A stretch of DNA of 64,000 nucleotides from Patescibacteria group bacterium (GTDB lineage: Bacteria > Patescibacteriota > Dojkabacteria > J137): contig CAUJCN010000002.1 of assembly GCA_963169855.1 (NCBI GenBank), forward strand, positions 517,608-581,607, written 5' to 3'. The notes beneath the pieces were generated by a model. It was not told where the DNA came from. It was given only the letters and a program-made list of their open reading frames with translations, and searched no databases. A program made the translations under genes and the position numbers. This document shows, in pieces, positions 29,832-40,315 of the stretch. Position 1 is the stretch's first letter, and each line of letters opens with the position of its first letter.

Positions 29832-30176
29832 ATGTCGACTTTCTCTAAAGGAAAAGCTATACAAAATCATGTTAAAAAAGTACTCGTAGAAAAAGGGTAC
29901 TTTTTTATTGCAGAGAATTTCAAATTTAAAAATGGCGAGATCGATTTAATATTGCAAGATGGAGATTTCATAGTTTTTATTGAGGTTAAAAGTAGCTGGA
30001 ATACTGATGTTTTCGAGTTACTTTCTCCTACAAAATTGAAAAGATTTAAAGCTGCAATAGATTACTGGCTAGAGTTTAATGGCAAACAGGATGCAACTTG
30101 GAGAGCAGATTACATCGGAGTAAAAGTTGCCGAGAAAGGTCTTAAGATTGAACACATAGAGTTCATCAACTTCTGA
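29832..30176 (+). CDS. yraN: YraN-family (UPF0102) endonuclease-like protein
   Basis: ENF..GEIDLI..IVFIEVKS..RAD. Confidence 0.88.
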   Translation: MSTFSKGKAIQNHVKKVLVEKGYFFIAENFKFKNGEIDLILQDGDFIVFIEVKSSWNTDVFELLSPTKLKRFKAAIDYWLEFNGKQDATWRADYIGVKVAEKGLKIEHIEFINF

Positions 30177-30203
30177 TATAATTTTTAGATTTAATCAACA
30201 TAT

Positions 30204-30809
30204 ATGACTTTTCAAGAACTTTGGTGGAAAACAGGAATAGCAAAGTGGTTAAAAACAAGAAGATTCGCATTTATTGTAAGAACAATGGGATTAGATCTTA
30301 CAAGAGAGACTGAGATGTTAGAGGTAGGAAGTGCTACTGGTAAAGATTTCATTGCATTTTTGAAAGATTATCCAAACTTCAAAATTACGGGAATCGATAT
30401 TGATAAATACGAAATTGATCACCCAACTGCCGTACAAATTCAAGGAGATGCCGAGAATTTACCGTTTGAAGACAAAAGCTTTGATTTCGTTATTTCTTTA
30501 GGACTTTTAGAACATATCGAGCCAATTGAAAAGTTGAGCAAAGTTATCATGGAAATCGATAGAGTAGCCAAGTCTTATTGCATAGTAATTCCAGCAATAA
30601 ATACACGAATCGAACCTCACTTGAAATCTTGGAGATGGCAGTTAAGAGATCGAAACTATAAAAAGCAGTTTAAACACGCTGGAGTAAACTACTACAGTGA
30701 TGATGCCTGGACTAAGTTTACAGGCTTTAAGGGCGCTAATACGAAGAGATTTTGGTATATTCCTGGGTTGATCAGCAATCTTGTAATCTACAAAACTGAG
30801 AATGAATAG
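30204..30809 (+). CDS. Class I SAM-dependent methyltransferase
   Basis: LEVGSATG, GDAENLPFEDKSFD, LLEHI, EIDRVAK. Confidence 0.9.
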   Translation: MTFQELWWKTGIAKWLKTRRFAFIVRTMGLDLTRETEMLEVGSATGKDFIAFLKDYPNFKITGIDIDKYEIDHPTAVQIQGDAENLPFEDKSFDFVISLGLLEHIEPIEKLSKVIMEIDRVAKSYCIVIPAINTRIEPHLKSWRWQLRDRNYKKQFKHAGVNYYSDDAWTKFTGFKGANTKRFWYIPGLISNLVIYKTENE

Positions 30810-30863
30810 ATGTTATTGCCGCATTGATTAGCAGGAATTGACCAATAGTGATAAAATATAGTC

Positions 30864-31235
30864 ATGAATAACACAACTTTCAACATTCCAAGAAATATTA
30901 TTCCACAGTTCTGCGATAGATGCGGATCACAACATCAACCGTCAGATATGGAAATTGTAAGCACCGAAGAGATGCAGGTAACTGCTCGAATTGAGTGCAG
31001 TAATTGCAAAGCTACATATCTTATGCACATTACCATGCCTATGGATGGAGTAGTGTCGGGAAAAAAGTCTCTTTTTAAAACTGACTTAACTCAAGGGGAA
31101 ATTAAAAAATTCTCAGAAGTTGCAGAAATCGAAAACGAGGAAATTCTTGACTCAATAATTGCAATGAAGAAAGTAAAAAGTTTTAGTGATTTGAACAATT
31201 TAATCTCTAATAATTCTGACGAATTTGCTGACTGA
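30864..31235 (+). CDS. Zn-ribbon hypothetical protein
   Basis: CDRC..CSNC. Confidence 0.75.
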   Translation: MNNTTFNIPRNIIPQFCDRCGSQHQPSDMEIVSTEEMQVTARIECSNCKATYLMHITMPMDGVVSGKKSLFKTDLTQGEIKKFSEVAEIENEEILDSIIAMKKVKSFSDLNNLISNNSDEFAD

Positions 31236-32285
31236 TTTGGTTTCCGAATCGATTTCAGTTTCTTCAGCTGAGGTTAAAATAGATTGTTCAACATTTTTCA
31301 CTATAATTCTTCCGCAGATTTCTCTATTTTTTGTATCTAATTCTGACATTAAATCATCAATTAAGAAAACTGGAGATTCATCCTTAACTTTTTTGAGTAG
31401 AGAATACTGTGTAAGTTTGTAAATAAATGCCCCAACACGCTGTTGGCCTCGAGATCCTAAATATCTTAGATCCATCTCGTTCATAAATATGCTAATTTCG
31501 TCCCTATGAGCTCCATAGAGGCTCTTTCCAGCTCCAAGCTCCTTATGGCGACCAGTTGCAATTTTCTCTTCTAAAACACGCATATATTCGCTAAATTTGT
31601 CCGAACTTCCAGAAACATCCACATGTTCTTTGTAGATTATTGTTACTGGGGTGTACCGTTCAAGCTCAACTTCTTTTGAAGTATCATTCAGAGTCTGAAT
31701 GTAATTGATTCTATGTTGATAAAGCTTGTGAGAAAGATCGATTAATTTACCATCCCAAAAGCCCATTCCAGAATAATCAGATTCGCCGTCTTTTATGAGT
31801 TTAATCTGAGCGTTTCGTTGCTTGATAATTTTTTTATATTCGATCAAAGTCAACCTGTAATCCCCGTCAATTTTTGATAAAAATGTGTCCAAATCGTCTC
31901 TTCTGACTGTTGCATCCCCATCAACTAGGTTCACACTTGCTGGGGCAAATAGCAAAACTGGGATTTTATCTCCAAGTCTTGATGGAACAACTGCTTTTTT
32001 ATTGAGTAGAGCGGAGATTTTACCTTCTTTCGTGACTAATTTTTCTGATATGCTTTGATTGTCCAATTCCGCCTCAACCCTAGCTAGTTCTGAGTTATGT
32101 GATACTAATTGACCAACTTGCTCGATAGTTCTGAAAACCTTGTTGTACGACAAAAAGTAGATAGACTCTAAAAGATTAGTTTTCCCAGAACCGTTTGGAG
32201 CAATAACTATATTCACTCCTGGTTCGAAATCTGCTGATAAGGACTCGATATTTCTGTAATTTTGTAAACTGATCCTCTTAATCAT
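31200..32285 (-). CDS. recF: DNA repair protein RecF
   Basis: NYRN, APNGSGKTNLLESI, GAHRDE, GSRGQQR, LIDDLMSELD. Confidence 0.95.
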   Translation of the reverse strand: MIKRISLQNYRNIESLSADFEPGVNIVIAPNGSGKTNLLESIYFLSYNKVFRTIEQVGQLVSHNSELARVEAELDNQSISEKLVTKEGKISALLNKKAVVPSRLGDKIPVLLFAPASVNLVDGDATVRRDDLDTFLSKIDGDYRLTLIEYKKIIKQRNAQIKLIKDGESDYSGMGFWDGKLIDLSHKLYQHRINYIQTLNDTSKEVELERYTPVTIIYKEHVDVSGSSDKFSEYMRVLEEKIATGRHKELGAGKSLYGAHRDEISIFMNEMDLRYLGSRGQQRVGAFIYKLTQYSLLKKVKDESPVFLIDDLMSELDTKNREICGRIIVKNVEQSILTSAEETEIDSETKSVSKFVRIIRD

Positions 32286-32383
32286 AGTTGAATAATATTT
32301 TACCATCTAAATGAAAGTCTAATCTTATTTCTAAGATGAGTATATGGAGGTATAATTCACTTATTATTTTCAAATCTTTTTCT

Positions 32384-32872
32384 ATGAATGTAATTCGAAA
32401 TTGGATAACCTCCGACGGTATATTACCTGAACATGCAGATCTAGAGATTAGGCAAGTTTATGTTTGGAACTGGACAACAGACGACAAGATAATTCTCGTT
32501 TCAAAGAATGGAACTTCTTGGCAATTTCCAGGTGGACACCCAGAAGCAGGCGAGAGTATTGACGAGGCAGCAAAAAGAGAAATGTGGGAAGAGGCCGGAC
32601 TAGATATTTCCGAAATAGAGTCTACTTTCTTTGGATATTATGTAATTACAGAAGAAGATGAAAATGGAAGCCAAACTTATCTTCAAGTAAGATTGAAACT
32701 TTCTTTAGGAAAATCATCTAGTGAATTAGATCTACAAACTCACGAAGCAGAAGGAGATAACGATTCAATAAAATTTGTAGAAGCTGTTACTCTTGAAGAA
32801 GCTACTTCTAGAATTTCATGGTTGAGTAGTACAGATGAGTACAAAGCTGTTGTTACAGAACTGAATCAATAA
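32384..32872 (+). CDS. NUDIX hydrolase
   Basis: WQFPGGHPEAGESIDEAAKREMWEEAG. Confidence 0.9.
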   Translation: MNVIRNWITSDGILPEHADLEIRQVYVWNWTTDDKIILVSKNGTSWQFPGGHPEAGESIDEAAKREMWEEAGLDISEIESTFFGYYVITEEDENGSQTYLQVRLKLSLGKSSSELDLQTHEAEGDNDSIKFVEAVTLEEATSRISWLSSTDEYKAVVTELNQ

Positions 32873-32894
32873 AGTCTGCAACAGCCTTAGCTGA

Positions 32895-32987
32895 GCATTT
32901 AACCAGCTATCGAAAACCTCAGGAAGAGCAAAGTCAGACATTGTCAGAGATTTAATCCTGGAAGAGATGAAGAAGAATCCTCTTTAG
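32895..32987 (+). pseudogene. Remnant of a ribbon-helix-helix (CopG-like) gene
   Basis: Startless frame AFNQLSKTSGRAKSDIVRDLILEEMKKNPL* resembles the two helices of an RHH domain. Confidence 0.45.
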
Positions 32988-33021
32988 GCCCCACTTGATA
33001 GCAGCACAAGGCCTTTCCCTA

Positions 33022-33050
33022 TTGACAAAATCAGCATTATCGTTTATTTT
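33022..33050 (+). promoter_or_regulatory. Sigma70-type promoter
   Basis: TTGACA-17 nt-TATTTT upstream of ATG 33079. Confidence 0.6.
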
Positions 33051-33078
33051 ACAGGCGAGTATTTATTAGATTTTAACT

Positions 33079-33441
33079 ATGCCTAAAAAAGCAAAAACAG
33101 AATTAGAAGAAGAGAAGAAAAAAAAGAAAGCTCCGAAGCAAGAGGAGAATGATGAAATGCATGATGTTCCAATGGAAGATATGCCGGAGGGAGACATCGA
33201 AGAAGGAGAGATCGACCATGGAGATACCTACGAAATGGGTAGAATCCAATCCGACCAAGACGAAGAAGATGAGAAAATTGATCTAAAATCAATTCCTACA
33301 GAAACTTTAACTGGAGATGATGATGAAGAACCGTTAATCGACGAAGATATCAATACAGAAGATAAGGACGACTTTATTGATGACAACTTTGACAGCGATA
33401 ATCCTTTTGATTTGGAAGACGAGCCTGAATCATCTTATTAA
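33079..33441 (+). CDS. Highly acidic, probably disordered protein with Lys-rich N-terminus
   Basis: MPKKAK..EKKKKKAPK followed by ~100 D/E-rich residues. Confidence 0.8.
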   Translation: MPKKAKTELEEEKKKKKAPKQEENDEMHDVPMEDMPEGDIEEGEIDHGDTYEMGRIQSDQDEEDEKIDLKSIPTETLTGDDDEEPLIDEDINTEDKDDFIDDNFDSDNPFDLEDEPESSY

Positions 33442-33488
33442 AATATTTTTTACATTGTTAATAGAATTGAACTATTGACCGCAGAATT

Positions 33489-34577
33489 ATGGAAGACAAA
33501 TTTAAATACAAACTAGTAGAAACAAAGAAGAACGTTAAAACATTCGAAGTTACTGTAGATAAATCTTTAGAACAGGAATACTACGAAAAAGCATTTCAGA
33601 AACTTTCAGCAGATATTAAGATCGCTGGATTTAGACCTGGAAAAGCTCCTAGAGATGTTGTTGAACCAAAAGTTGCATTAGACGCTCTTAACGAAACAGT
33701 AAATTCTCTTTTGCCTGATGTTACTGTCAAGGTTCTTGTAAAAGAAAACATTACACCTTTGGGAAGAGTTGAGTACGACATCAAAGATGTAAAAGGAGAG
33801 TCAGAAATGGTTTATAAGTTTACTGTACATACTTATCCGGACATAGATGTTTCGAAAGTAAAGAAGATCAAAGTAACTGCAAAGAAAGACGAGGTTAAAG
33901 AAGATGAAGTTGATTCAGTAATTAGAAATATTATTAGAAGCACTTTACCTAGAGACAAGTGGGCAGGAGAAGAAAAAGCTGAAGATGAAAAGATATCTAA
34001 AAAAGATGAGAAAAAAGAAGATGCAGTTTCTGTAGATACAACATTCGAAATTACAGATGAATTGGTAAAAGAACTTGGATACGAAGATGCTAAATCTGTA
34101 GAAGAATTGAGAAAGAGTGTTAAAGAATCTTTGAATAAAGTTAAAGACAATCAGTATGAATCTGAACTCTTAGAAAAAGGTTTGGAAGAAGTTCAAAAGA
34201 TTGTTGAAATGGAAATTCCTCATGATATGGTTCACCACGAAGCGGATCATAGACAAGCTGACTTTGAAGCAAGATTAAAACAAATCAACCTCAACGTTGA
34301 CGAATATTTGAAGGCACAAGGAAAGACTATGAAGGAACTTCACGATGAGTGGGAAAGGGATATTGAAAAGATGATTTTCAGAGATGTGTTTGCTGTTCAA
34401 TTAGCGCATCAGGAAAAACTTATTCCAAGCGAAGAGGAACTTGATACAGAAATTGATAAAATTGAGGATGAAATGACAAAAGTCAGATACAAGGGAGACC
34501 AGAGAATGAGAGATCAGTACAGAACAATGGTTTCTGTAAACAAAGGTCTTCAGAAATTCTTAGAATGGCTTAAATAG
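33489..34577 (+). CDS. tig: Trigger factor lacking the FKBP domain
   Basis: GFRPGKAP ribosome-binding motif; 362 aa, with a charged linker in place of the PPIase domain. Confidence 0.9.
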   Translation: MEDKFKYKLVETKKNVKTFEVTVDKSLEQEYYEKAFQKLSADIKIAGFRPGKAPRDVVEPKVALDALNETVNSLLPDVTVKVLVKENITPLGRVEYDIKDVKGESEMVYKFTVHTYPDIDVSKVKKIKVTAKKDEVKEDEVDSVIRNIIRSTLPRDKWAGEEKAEDEKISKKDEKKEDAVSVDTTFEITDELVKELGYEDAKSVEELRKSVKESLNKVKDNQYESELLEKGLEEVQKIVEMEIPHDMVHHEADHRQADFEARLKQINLNVDEYLKAQGKTMKELHDEWERDIEKMIFRDVFAVQLAHQEKLIPSEEELDTEIDKIEDEMTKVRYKGDQRMRDQYRTMVSVNKGLQKFLEWLK

Positions 34578-35853
34578 AGTAGCTTTGCTTATAAGCAATT
34601 TTAAACTGAACATATTGAAAAAGGAGTTGCGATAATTCATCCAGCTCCTTTTCTGTTAGCCTAACTTCTTCTGCCTCACCTGTTGTAAGATCTAAAAAAG
34701 CGAACCTAACTCTTTCTATATATTTAAGAAGTTCGATTCTTTCAAATTCATCGAATAATAAGACGTCTCTAACAAAAACTCTGCCTTCTTCAGATTGTTT
34801 AGATCGTCTCATCATTCTGCAAGCTTGCACTAAAATATACATTTTTGCTTGGAATATATGTGTTGGCATGTCGGATCTATGGTGGCTTTTGAAGTCTATG
34901 ATTACTGACCCGTTTGCGGTACTCACAATCATATCTTGTCTTGTATTTATTACTGTTGAGATTGCACCTAGTTGATTCAGCTGAGAGAACCAGTAATCTT
35001 TACCTGATCTATTCGGGAAAGTAACTTTCAAGTCCACGGGGACTTCACTTTCACTGTCCGCAAGTAGTGGATTTATAAAGTCCAGATCATTTTCGAAGTA
35101 ACTTAAAATTACATCTATTGCTCTGAACACTCTGTCGATGTATTTACCAACTACTTCACGAATTTGGATCATCAGATCATAATTTGAAGCCGGGAAAGCT
35201 TCGCCTAATTTTCTTATTAGAATTATTAATATCTTTATTCTCTTTTGAATTGCCGACTGATCTTCCTGATCTAAACTATCTAGATAAACTTGAACAGAGA
35301 GTCTGTCGATCCCATCGTATGCTTTTGGATCTCCAATTTGATCCCATGCAGATTCGATTTCCTCTGTAGTATTAGTGTGTATGGGTTTTGATTCGGTAGA
35401 AATTTGTGTTTGAAAGTACAAAGGCAATGTTAATTCAAATGTTGATCTTGAAATAATTAAATCCGAATTGTTTGGATTTTGCAGAAGTTCAAGAATTGCA
35501 GATGGGATCATGTGTAAAACATTACCAAGTTGCATATTTTCATCGGGTTTAGAATCTACTTCAGGATTATTGACTTTAAAAGTTCCAACTTCTAAATCTA
35601 GTCCATGGAGAAATTCGAAAATATTTGTAATTGAACATTTTGATGATACTAGAGCCGAAGATCCATTTGATTGTAGCAAAGCCTTGTTTACTGCTGGCGA
35701 TTCTTTATCCCAATTCACATAAACATGGAATAGATTACCCTTAGGTCTGTGATAATTTTTTATAATTTCAAGAATGCTTTTTTCTGGGGATTCAATAGAG
35801 GCAGGAGAAGTGACATCTGGGTTGTATTTCCCAAAAGCCCATTCCATAATCAA
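34570..35853 (-). CDS. PD-(D/E)XK nuclease family protein (RecB-like C-terminal domain)
   Basis: RQDMIV..VIIDFKS..FQAKMY (motifs II, III and QxxxY). Confidence 0.7.
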   Translation of the reverse strand: MIMEWAFGKYNPDVTSPASIESPEKSILEIIKNYHRPKGNLFHVYVNWDKESPAVNKALLQSNGSSALVSSKCSITNIFEFLHGLDLEVGTFKVNNPEVDSKPDENMQLGNVLHMIPSAILELLQNPNNSDLIISRSTFELTLPLYFQTQISTESKPIHTNTTEEIESAWDQIGDPKAYDGIDRLSVQVYLDSLDQEDQSAIQKRIKILIILIRKLGEAFPASNYDLMIQIREVVGKYIDRVFRAIDVILSYFENDLDFINPLLADSESEVPVDLKVTFPNRSGKDYWFSQLNQLGAISTVINTRQDMIVSTANGSVIIDFKSHHRSDMPTHIFQAKMYILVQACRMMRRSKQSEEGRVFVRDVLLFDEFERIELLKYIERVRFAFLDLTTGEAEEVRLTEKELDELSQLLFQYVQFKIAYKQSYSI

Positions 35854-35991
35854 ATTTTGTTATTAATTAACATCAACATTGAAGTTAGTTTAAAACAAAA
35901 AGTTTTTATCTGTCAAACTTGTATTCTATTACATTTACAAAAACGCATAGTGGGGTTTAAACTGAAATTGTAGATATTAAATTACTCATTT

Positions 35992-37026
35992 ATGGCAAAA
36001 GCCTCAACACAAAACGAAGATACAAAGACTGCACTTACAACAAACAAAGCTAAATTGGAAGCTCTTCAAGCTGCAATGCAACAAATTACTAAGCAATTTG
36101 GAGAGGGATCAATTATGACTCTTTCTGATGATAAGATCAAAAAGATGGACGTAATTCCAACAGGAGCAATTTCTCTGGATATTGCATTAGGAGTTGGTGG
36201 AATTCCAAAGGGAAGAATTGTAGAAATTTATGGACCAGAGTCTTCAGGAAAAACTACTTTGGCTTTAAATATTTTAGCCGAGGCACAGAAAGCTGGAGGA
36301 GTGGCTGCATTCATCGATGCAGAACATGCTTTTGATGCTGAGTATGCAAAGAAGCTAGGAATTAAAACCGAGGAGCTTTTGGTTTCTCAACCAGACCACG
36401 GAGAGCAAGCATTAGAAATTTTAGAAACTCTTTTAAGATCAGGTGCTGTTGATATCGTTGTTGTTGACTCAGTTGCAGCATTGACACCTAAAGCCGAAAT
36501 CGAGGGAGATATGGGAGATTCACACATGGGTCTTCAAGCTAGATTGATGTCTCAAGCGTTAAGAAAGATTACTGCCATCGCAAATAAAACTGGAGGAACA
36601 GTAATTTTCATTAACCAGTTAAGGATGAAGATTGGAATTATGTTCGGAAATCCTGAAACAACAACTGGAGGTAACGCGCTTAAATTCTATGCATCTGTAA
36701 GAATGGACATTAGATCAAAAGAAAAAATTACCAAGGAAGATTCTATCGTTGGTCATGTAGCTAGAGTAAAAGTTGTTAAGAACAAAGTTGCGCCACCATT
36801 CAAAGAAGCCGAGTTCGAAATTGTTCATGGTGATGGAATCGACAAAATTTCTAGTCTCTTGGACGCAGCTTTGAAATTCAATGTTATCGAAAAAGCAGGT
36901 GCCTGGTTTAAGAGAAATGGTGAGAATCTAGGACAGGGTAGAGATGGAGTTAAAGAACTTTTGAGAAATGATAAAAAGCTTCTTCAAGAAGTTTGGAATG
37001 AAGTAAAAAAAGCAGCTGGACTATAA
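35992..37026 (+). CDS. recA: Recombinase RecA
   Basis: [42 protein letters not shown]. Confidence 0.99.
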   Translation: MAKASTQNEDTKTALTTNKAKLEALQAAMQQITKQFGEGSIMTLSDDKIKKMDVIPTGAISLDIALGVGGIPKGRIVEIYGPESSGKTTLALNILAEAQKAGGVAAFIDAEHAFDAEYAKKLGIKTEELLVSQPDHGEQALEILETLLRSGAVDIVVVDSVAALTPKAEIEGDMGDSHMGLQARLMSQALRKITAIANKTGGTVIFINQLRMKIGIMFGNPETTTGGNALKFYASVRMDIRSKEKITKEDSIVGHVARVKVVKNKVAPPFKEAEFEIVHGDGIDKISSLLDAALKFNVIEKAGAWFKRNGENLGQGRDGVKELLRNDKKLLQEVWNEVKKAAGL

Positions 37027-37046
37027 CCTATTCTGTTTGATTTTTT

Positions 37047-37072
37047 AGAGACGCTGAAAAGCGTCTCTTTTT
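37047..37072 (+). terminator. Intrinsic terminator of recA
   Basis: AGAGACGCT-GAAA-AGCGTCTCT-TTTT. Confidence 0.88.
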
Positions 37073-37137
37073 GTTTCTAACTTGAGGAATTACGGCTGAA
37101 TTGGACACGATAGTTTACTTCATTTATAATTTAATTA

Positions 37138-37551
37138 ATGACAACGCCAGCACTAATTGAGGAAGGTGAAGTCACAGAAGACTCACCACAAAATACACTT
37201 GAAGGATTTCTTTCTCAACTTCCAAATGAAGACAGAATGCGTTCCCTAATCTTAAAAAATTGGAAGCTAGCTTCGGAAATTTACAAACATATTCAAGGCG
37301 ATTTAATAACAGGGATGACTAATCCAGCAGATGCACTTAAACTTGTTATCCAAAGTATTTTTGCAACTATAATTATAAATATAGTAAAAGCAGATTTTGA
37401 AGATGTAGAAAGTTCCTATCTAAATGACCTTCTGAGCAAATACTACGATGAACTTGAAGTGGATTTCCCAAAATTATATGAGAAATTCATGGATAGAGGA
37501 ATCTTTGTTCGGGCAAGGCAATCCACTCTTGATTATTTAAAAAGAAATTAA
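37138..37551 (+). CDS. Hypothetical protein
   Basis: 137 aa ORF; TATAAT 7 nt upstream. Confidence 0.7.
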   Translation: MTTPALIEEGEVTEDSPQNTLEGFLSQLPNEDRMRSLILKNWKLASEIYKHIQGDLITGMTNPADALKLVIQSIFATIIINIVKADFEDVESSYLNDLLSKYYDELEVDFPKLYEKFMDRGIFVRARQSTLDYLKRN

Positions 37552-37695
37552 CAAATTTCCCATTTACAACTGTTTATCAATATTGTACAATTCCTGCACG
37601 ACTACCTAATACCCCGAGCTGTTCGCGTTTCAGAACTTTTCAAAAAGATATTTACGCTAATTCATTGGAGCGAATTAAAACCATACAAAATTTCT

Positions 37696-38472
37696 ATGGG
37701 TAAATACTTATACCTTCTAAAAATGAATCTATCTTTAGTTGCCGCAAATCGCGGAGAAGTTGTGTTCTCATTTTTAAGAAGAATAATCATCGTTCTGGTT
37801 ATGGTTAGCGTTTGGAGTCTTACAAATTCGGGAGAGAATGCTGCAAACTATTTGGGGTATTTTTCTATTTTCTACTTTATTTTCGACTCCCTAACAACTG
37901 GAAGAGCAGGGGGAAGGTTTGTAAAGGATGTTTTAAGTGGAAATATAAACACATTCTTACTTAAACCTATATACTATCCATTTTACCGGCTGTTCGATAT
38001 TATAACTATTGTTTTATCACGACTAACCTTACCTATCGGACTTCTGATTATCGCAATCGTTCTTTTCCCTCAAACATTTGGACCAGCATCATTTTTGGAT
38101 TTATTAATTTTTATTCCAACTTCAATTTTATCTGTAGTTTTGTTTCAAATAATTATGATCACTATAGCGAACTTGAGTTTCTGGTTTGGAAACATTTCGT
38201 TTATCTTTACTGTTTATGGCCTGATTGTGAAATTTGTAAACGGGGGACTGATCCCAATTTCCGAATACTCAAAGCAAGTTCAAGACATTTTATTTTTCTT
38301 ACCTACAAGTTATGGAGGAGGGATTGAAACAAACATCTACCTTGGAAGGTATCCACTGTCACAAGCGACTTTGGCTTTTATAATCGTACTTTTTTGGACA
38401 GTTAGTTTTATGTTTGTTAATCACAGACTTTATTTAAAAGGTTTATCTAAATTAGAAGCAGTTGGTGGATGA
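37696..38472 (+). CDS. ABC-2 family permease (DUF990-like)
   Basis: ~6 TM, SGNINTFLLKPI, C-terminal EAVGG. Confidence 0.85.
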   Translation: MGKYLYLLKMNLSLVAANRGEVVFSFLRRIIIVLVMVSVWSLTNSGENAANYLGYFSIFYFIFDSLTTGRAGGRFVKDVLSGNINTFLLKPIYYPFYRLFDIITIVLSRLTLPIGLLIIAIVLFPQTFGPASFLDLLIFIPTSILSVVLFQIIMITIANLSFWFGNISFIFTVYGLIVKFVNGGLIPISEYSKQVQDILFFLPTSYGGGIETNIYLGRYPLSQATLAFIIVLFWTVSFMFVNHRLYLKGLSKLEAVGG

Positions 38473-39260
38473 AACGACATTTACGAATTATAAAAATTTA
38501 TTTTAGAGATGGAATCTCAACTTTGGCTGCCTACAGATTTAACCTGATTCTGTCCGGAATGGCAAATTTGCTTTGGGTTTTGGGACAAGTCTATTATCTA
38601 AATTTCATTTTTGAAAAAGTGAATACCTTTGATGGATGGAGTAAAACGGATGTAATTCTACTTTTTGGACTAATGCAGTGTTTTGTATACTTGATGTTCA
38701 TTTTTACCTGGGAAAGTTTTGCAAATTTTTATACGAAAATTACATCTGGAGAATTTGACGCAATGCTGTTAAAACCTTTGAATTCCAAATTTATGCTAAC
38801 GTTTCAGACGATATCAGTTACTCAGATTATCACCGGAGTTTTGACAGTTGGACCTCTTATTGGTATTGGGTTATCTGGAATCCAAGGTATAACATTTTTG
38901 GGATTGATTTCTGCATTCTTGTTGTTTGTAATCGCCATTTCAATGATGTATTTCATTTCTTTGCTCTTAGTTTCAATTACCTTTTTTATAGGAGATTCTT
39001 CTTCTTTATTCGAACTAGTTATCGGAACTGGAGCAGAAGGAGTTAAATTGCCACAAACGATTTTTCCAACTATTGTTCAGGCTTTGTTTACATTTTTAAT
39101 TCCAGTAGCTTTTATAGCTTACTACCCAACATTAATTTTGAAGAACATTGAAAATCCATTACCTTTGATTTTGTTTGCATTATTGCTCGCAACTATATTT
39201 TATTTTTTACAGAAAATATTCTGGAATCTTGGTTTAAAAAGATATTCAGGTATTGCCTAA
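38469..39260 (+). CDS. ABC-2 family permease (DUF990-like)
   Basis: GEFDAMLLKP, IPVAFIAYYP, GLKRYS. Confidence 0.88.
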   Translation: MKRHLRIIKIYFRDGISTLAAYRFNLILSGMANLLWVLGQVYYLNFIFEKVNTFDGWSKTDVILLFGLMQCFVYLMFIFTWESFANFYTKITSGEFDAMLLKPLNSKFMLTFQTISVTQIITGVLTVGPLIGIGLSGIQGITFLGLISAFLLFVIAISMMYFISLLLVSITFFIGDSSSLFELVIGTGAEGVKLPQTIFPTIVQALFTFLIPVAFIAYYPTLILKNIENPLPLILFALLLATIFYFLQKIFWNLGLKRYSGIA

Positions 39261-39261
39261 T

Positions 39262-40236
39262 ATGAGCCTAATCGAAGTAAAAAATCTGTCTCGAACATTT
39301 CGGCAGTACAAAAAAGAACCTGGATTAAAAGGTACATTGAAAAGTCTTTTCAAAAGAGAATTCTTTACAACTACAGCTGTAGATAACATTTCTTTTAATA
39401 TTGAGGAAGGGGAATTTGTTGGATTTCTTGGACCAAACGGTGCAGGAAAAACTACAACCCTGAAAATTCTATCTGGAATTTTATATCCATCAGACGGTAG
39501 CGTTTTGGTTGATGGATTTGTACCGCAGAAAAGAGATAAGGAATTTTTAAAAACGATTTCCTTAGTTATGGGGCAAAAGTCACAATTGCTACCAGACTTA
39601 CCTGCAATGGAATATTTCTTATTGATGAAAGAAATTTATGAGATAGAAGACACAGATTTCCTAAACAAAATAGAAGAACTTGCTGACCTTCTAGACGTTA
39701 AGGATGTGTTAAAAGTTCCTGTGAGAAAGCTTTCTCTTGGTCAAAAAATGAAGTGTGAAATCATTGCTTCAATTCTACACAATCCAAGAATTCTATTTTT
39801 GGATGAACCTACAATTGGACTGGATATTGTTGTTCAGAAGAAGTTGAGAGACTTTTTAAAGGAGTACAACAAAAAGCACAAAACAACGATAATCTTAACC
39901 AGTCACTACATGGAAGATGTTGAGGCTTTGTGCGATCGAATTATTGTTATCAACAAAGGTAATAAAATCTACGATGGAAAACTAGATGAACTTGTAAAAA
40001 AGCACGCAACTCATAAGGAAGTGAAGATCGTTTTGAAAGATAAATCAAATGTTGGGGAAATTTCAAATTACGGAGAAATTTTAGAACAAATTGATAACTC
40101 AACTTTCAAGTTAAAAATCGAGAGAGATGAACTTTCTTCCACAATTTCAAAAATTCTAAATGAACATGAAATTTCTGACTTAGATGTTAACGAAATTCCA
40201 TTAGACTCAATCATCAGATCAATTTTTAGCTCATAA
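39262..40236 (+). CDS. ABC transporter ATP-binding protein
   Basis: GPNGAGKTT, LSLGQ, LFLDEPTIGLD, TSH. Confidence 0.95.
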   Translation: MSLIEVKNLSRTFRQYKKEPGLKGTLKSLFKREFFTTTAVDNISFNIEEGEFVGFLGPNGAGKTTTLKILSGILYPSDGSVLVDGFVPQKRDKEFLKTISLVMGQKSQLLPDLPAMEYFLLMKEIYEIEDTDFLNKIEELADLLDVKDVLKVPVRKLSLGQKMKCEIIASILHNPRILFLDEPTIGLDIVVQKKLRDFLKEYNKKHKTTIILTSHYMEDVEALCDRIIVINKGNKIYDGKLDELVKKHATHKEVKIVLKDKSNVGEISNYGEILEQIDNSTFKLKIERDELSSTISKILNEHEISDLDVNEIPLDSIIRSIFSS

Positions 40237-40315
40237 AATTCATTGCCCTGTATTGCTTACAAAAAAATTGTATACTAGAATGTATACAATAAGTTTAACT
40301 TTTAACCACAGGATA

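Noticed and set aside
34570-35853. Cas4 assignment for the PD-(D/E)XK protein
   Set aside because: No four-cysteine Fe-S pattern, no cas genes or array nearby
35854-35991. LexA/SOS box upstream of recA
   Set aside because: No convincing GAAC-N4-GTTC or CTGT-N8-ACAG palindrome seen
37552-37695. Possible riboswitch/leader upstream of the ABC-2 operon
   Set aside because: A promoter-like TTTACA-17-TACAAT and weak stems are present, but no recognisable aptamer or terminator
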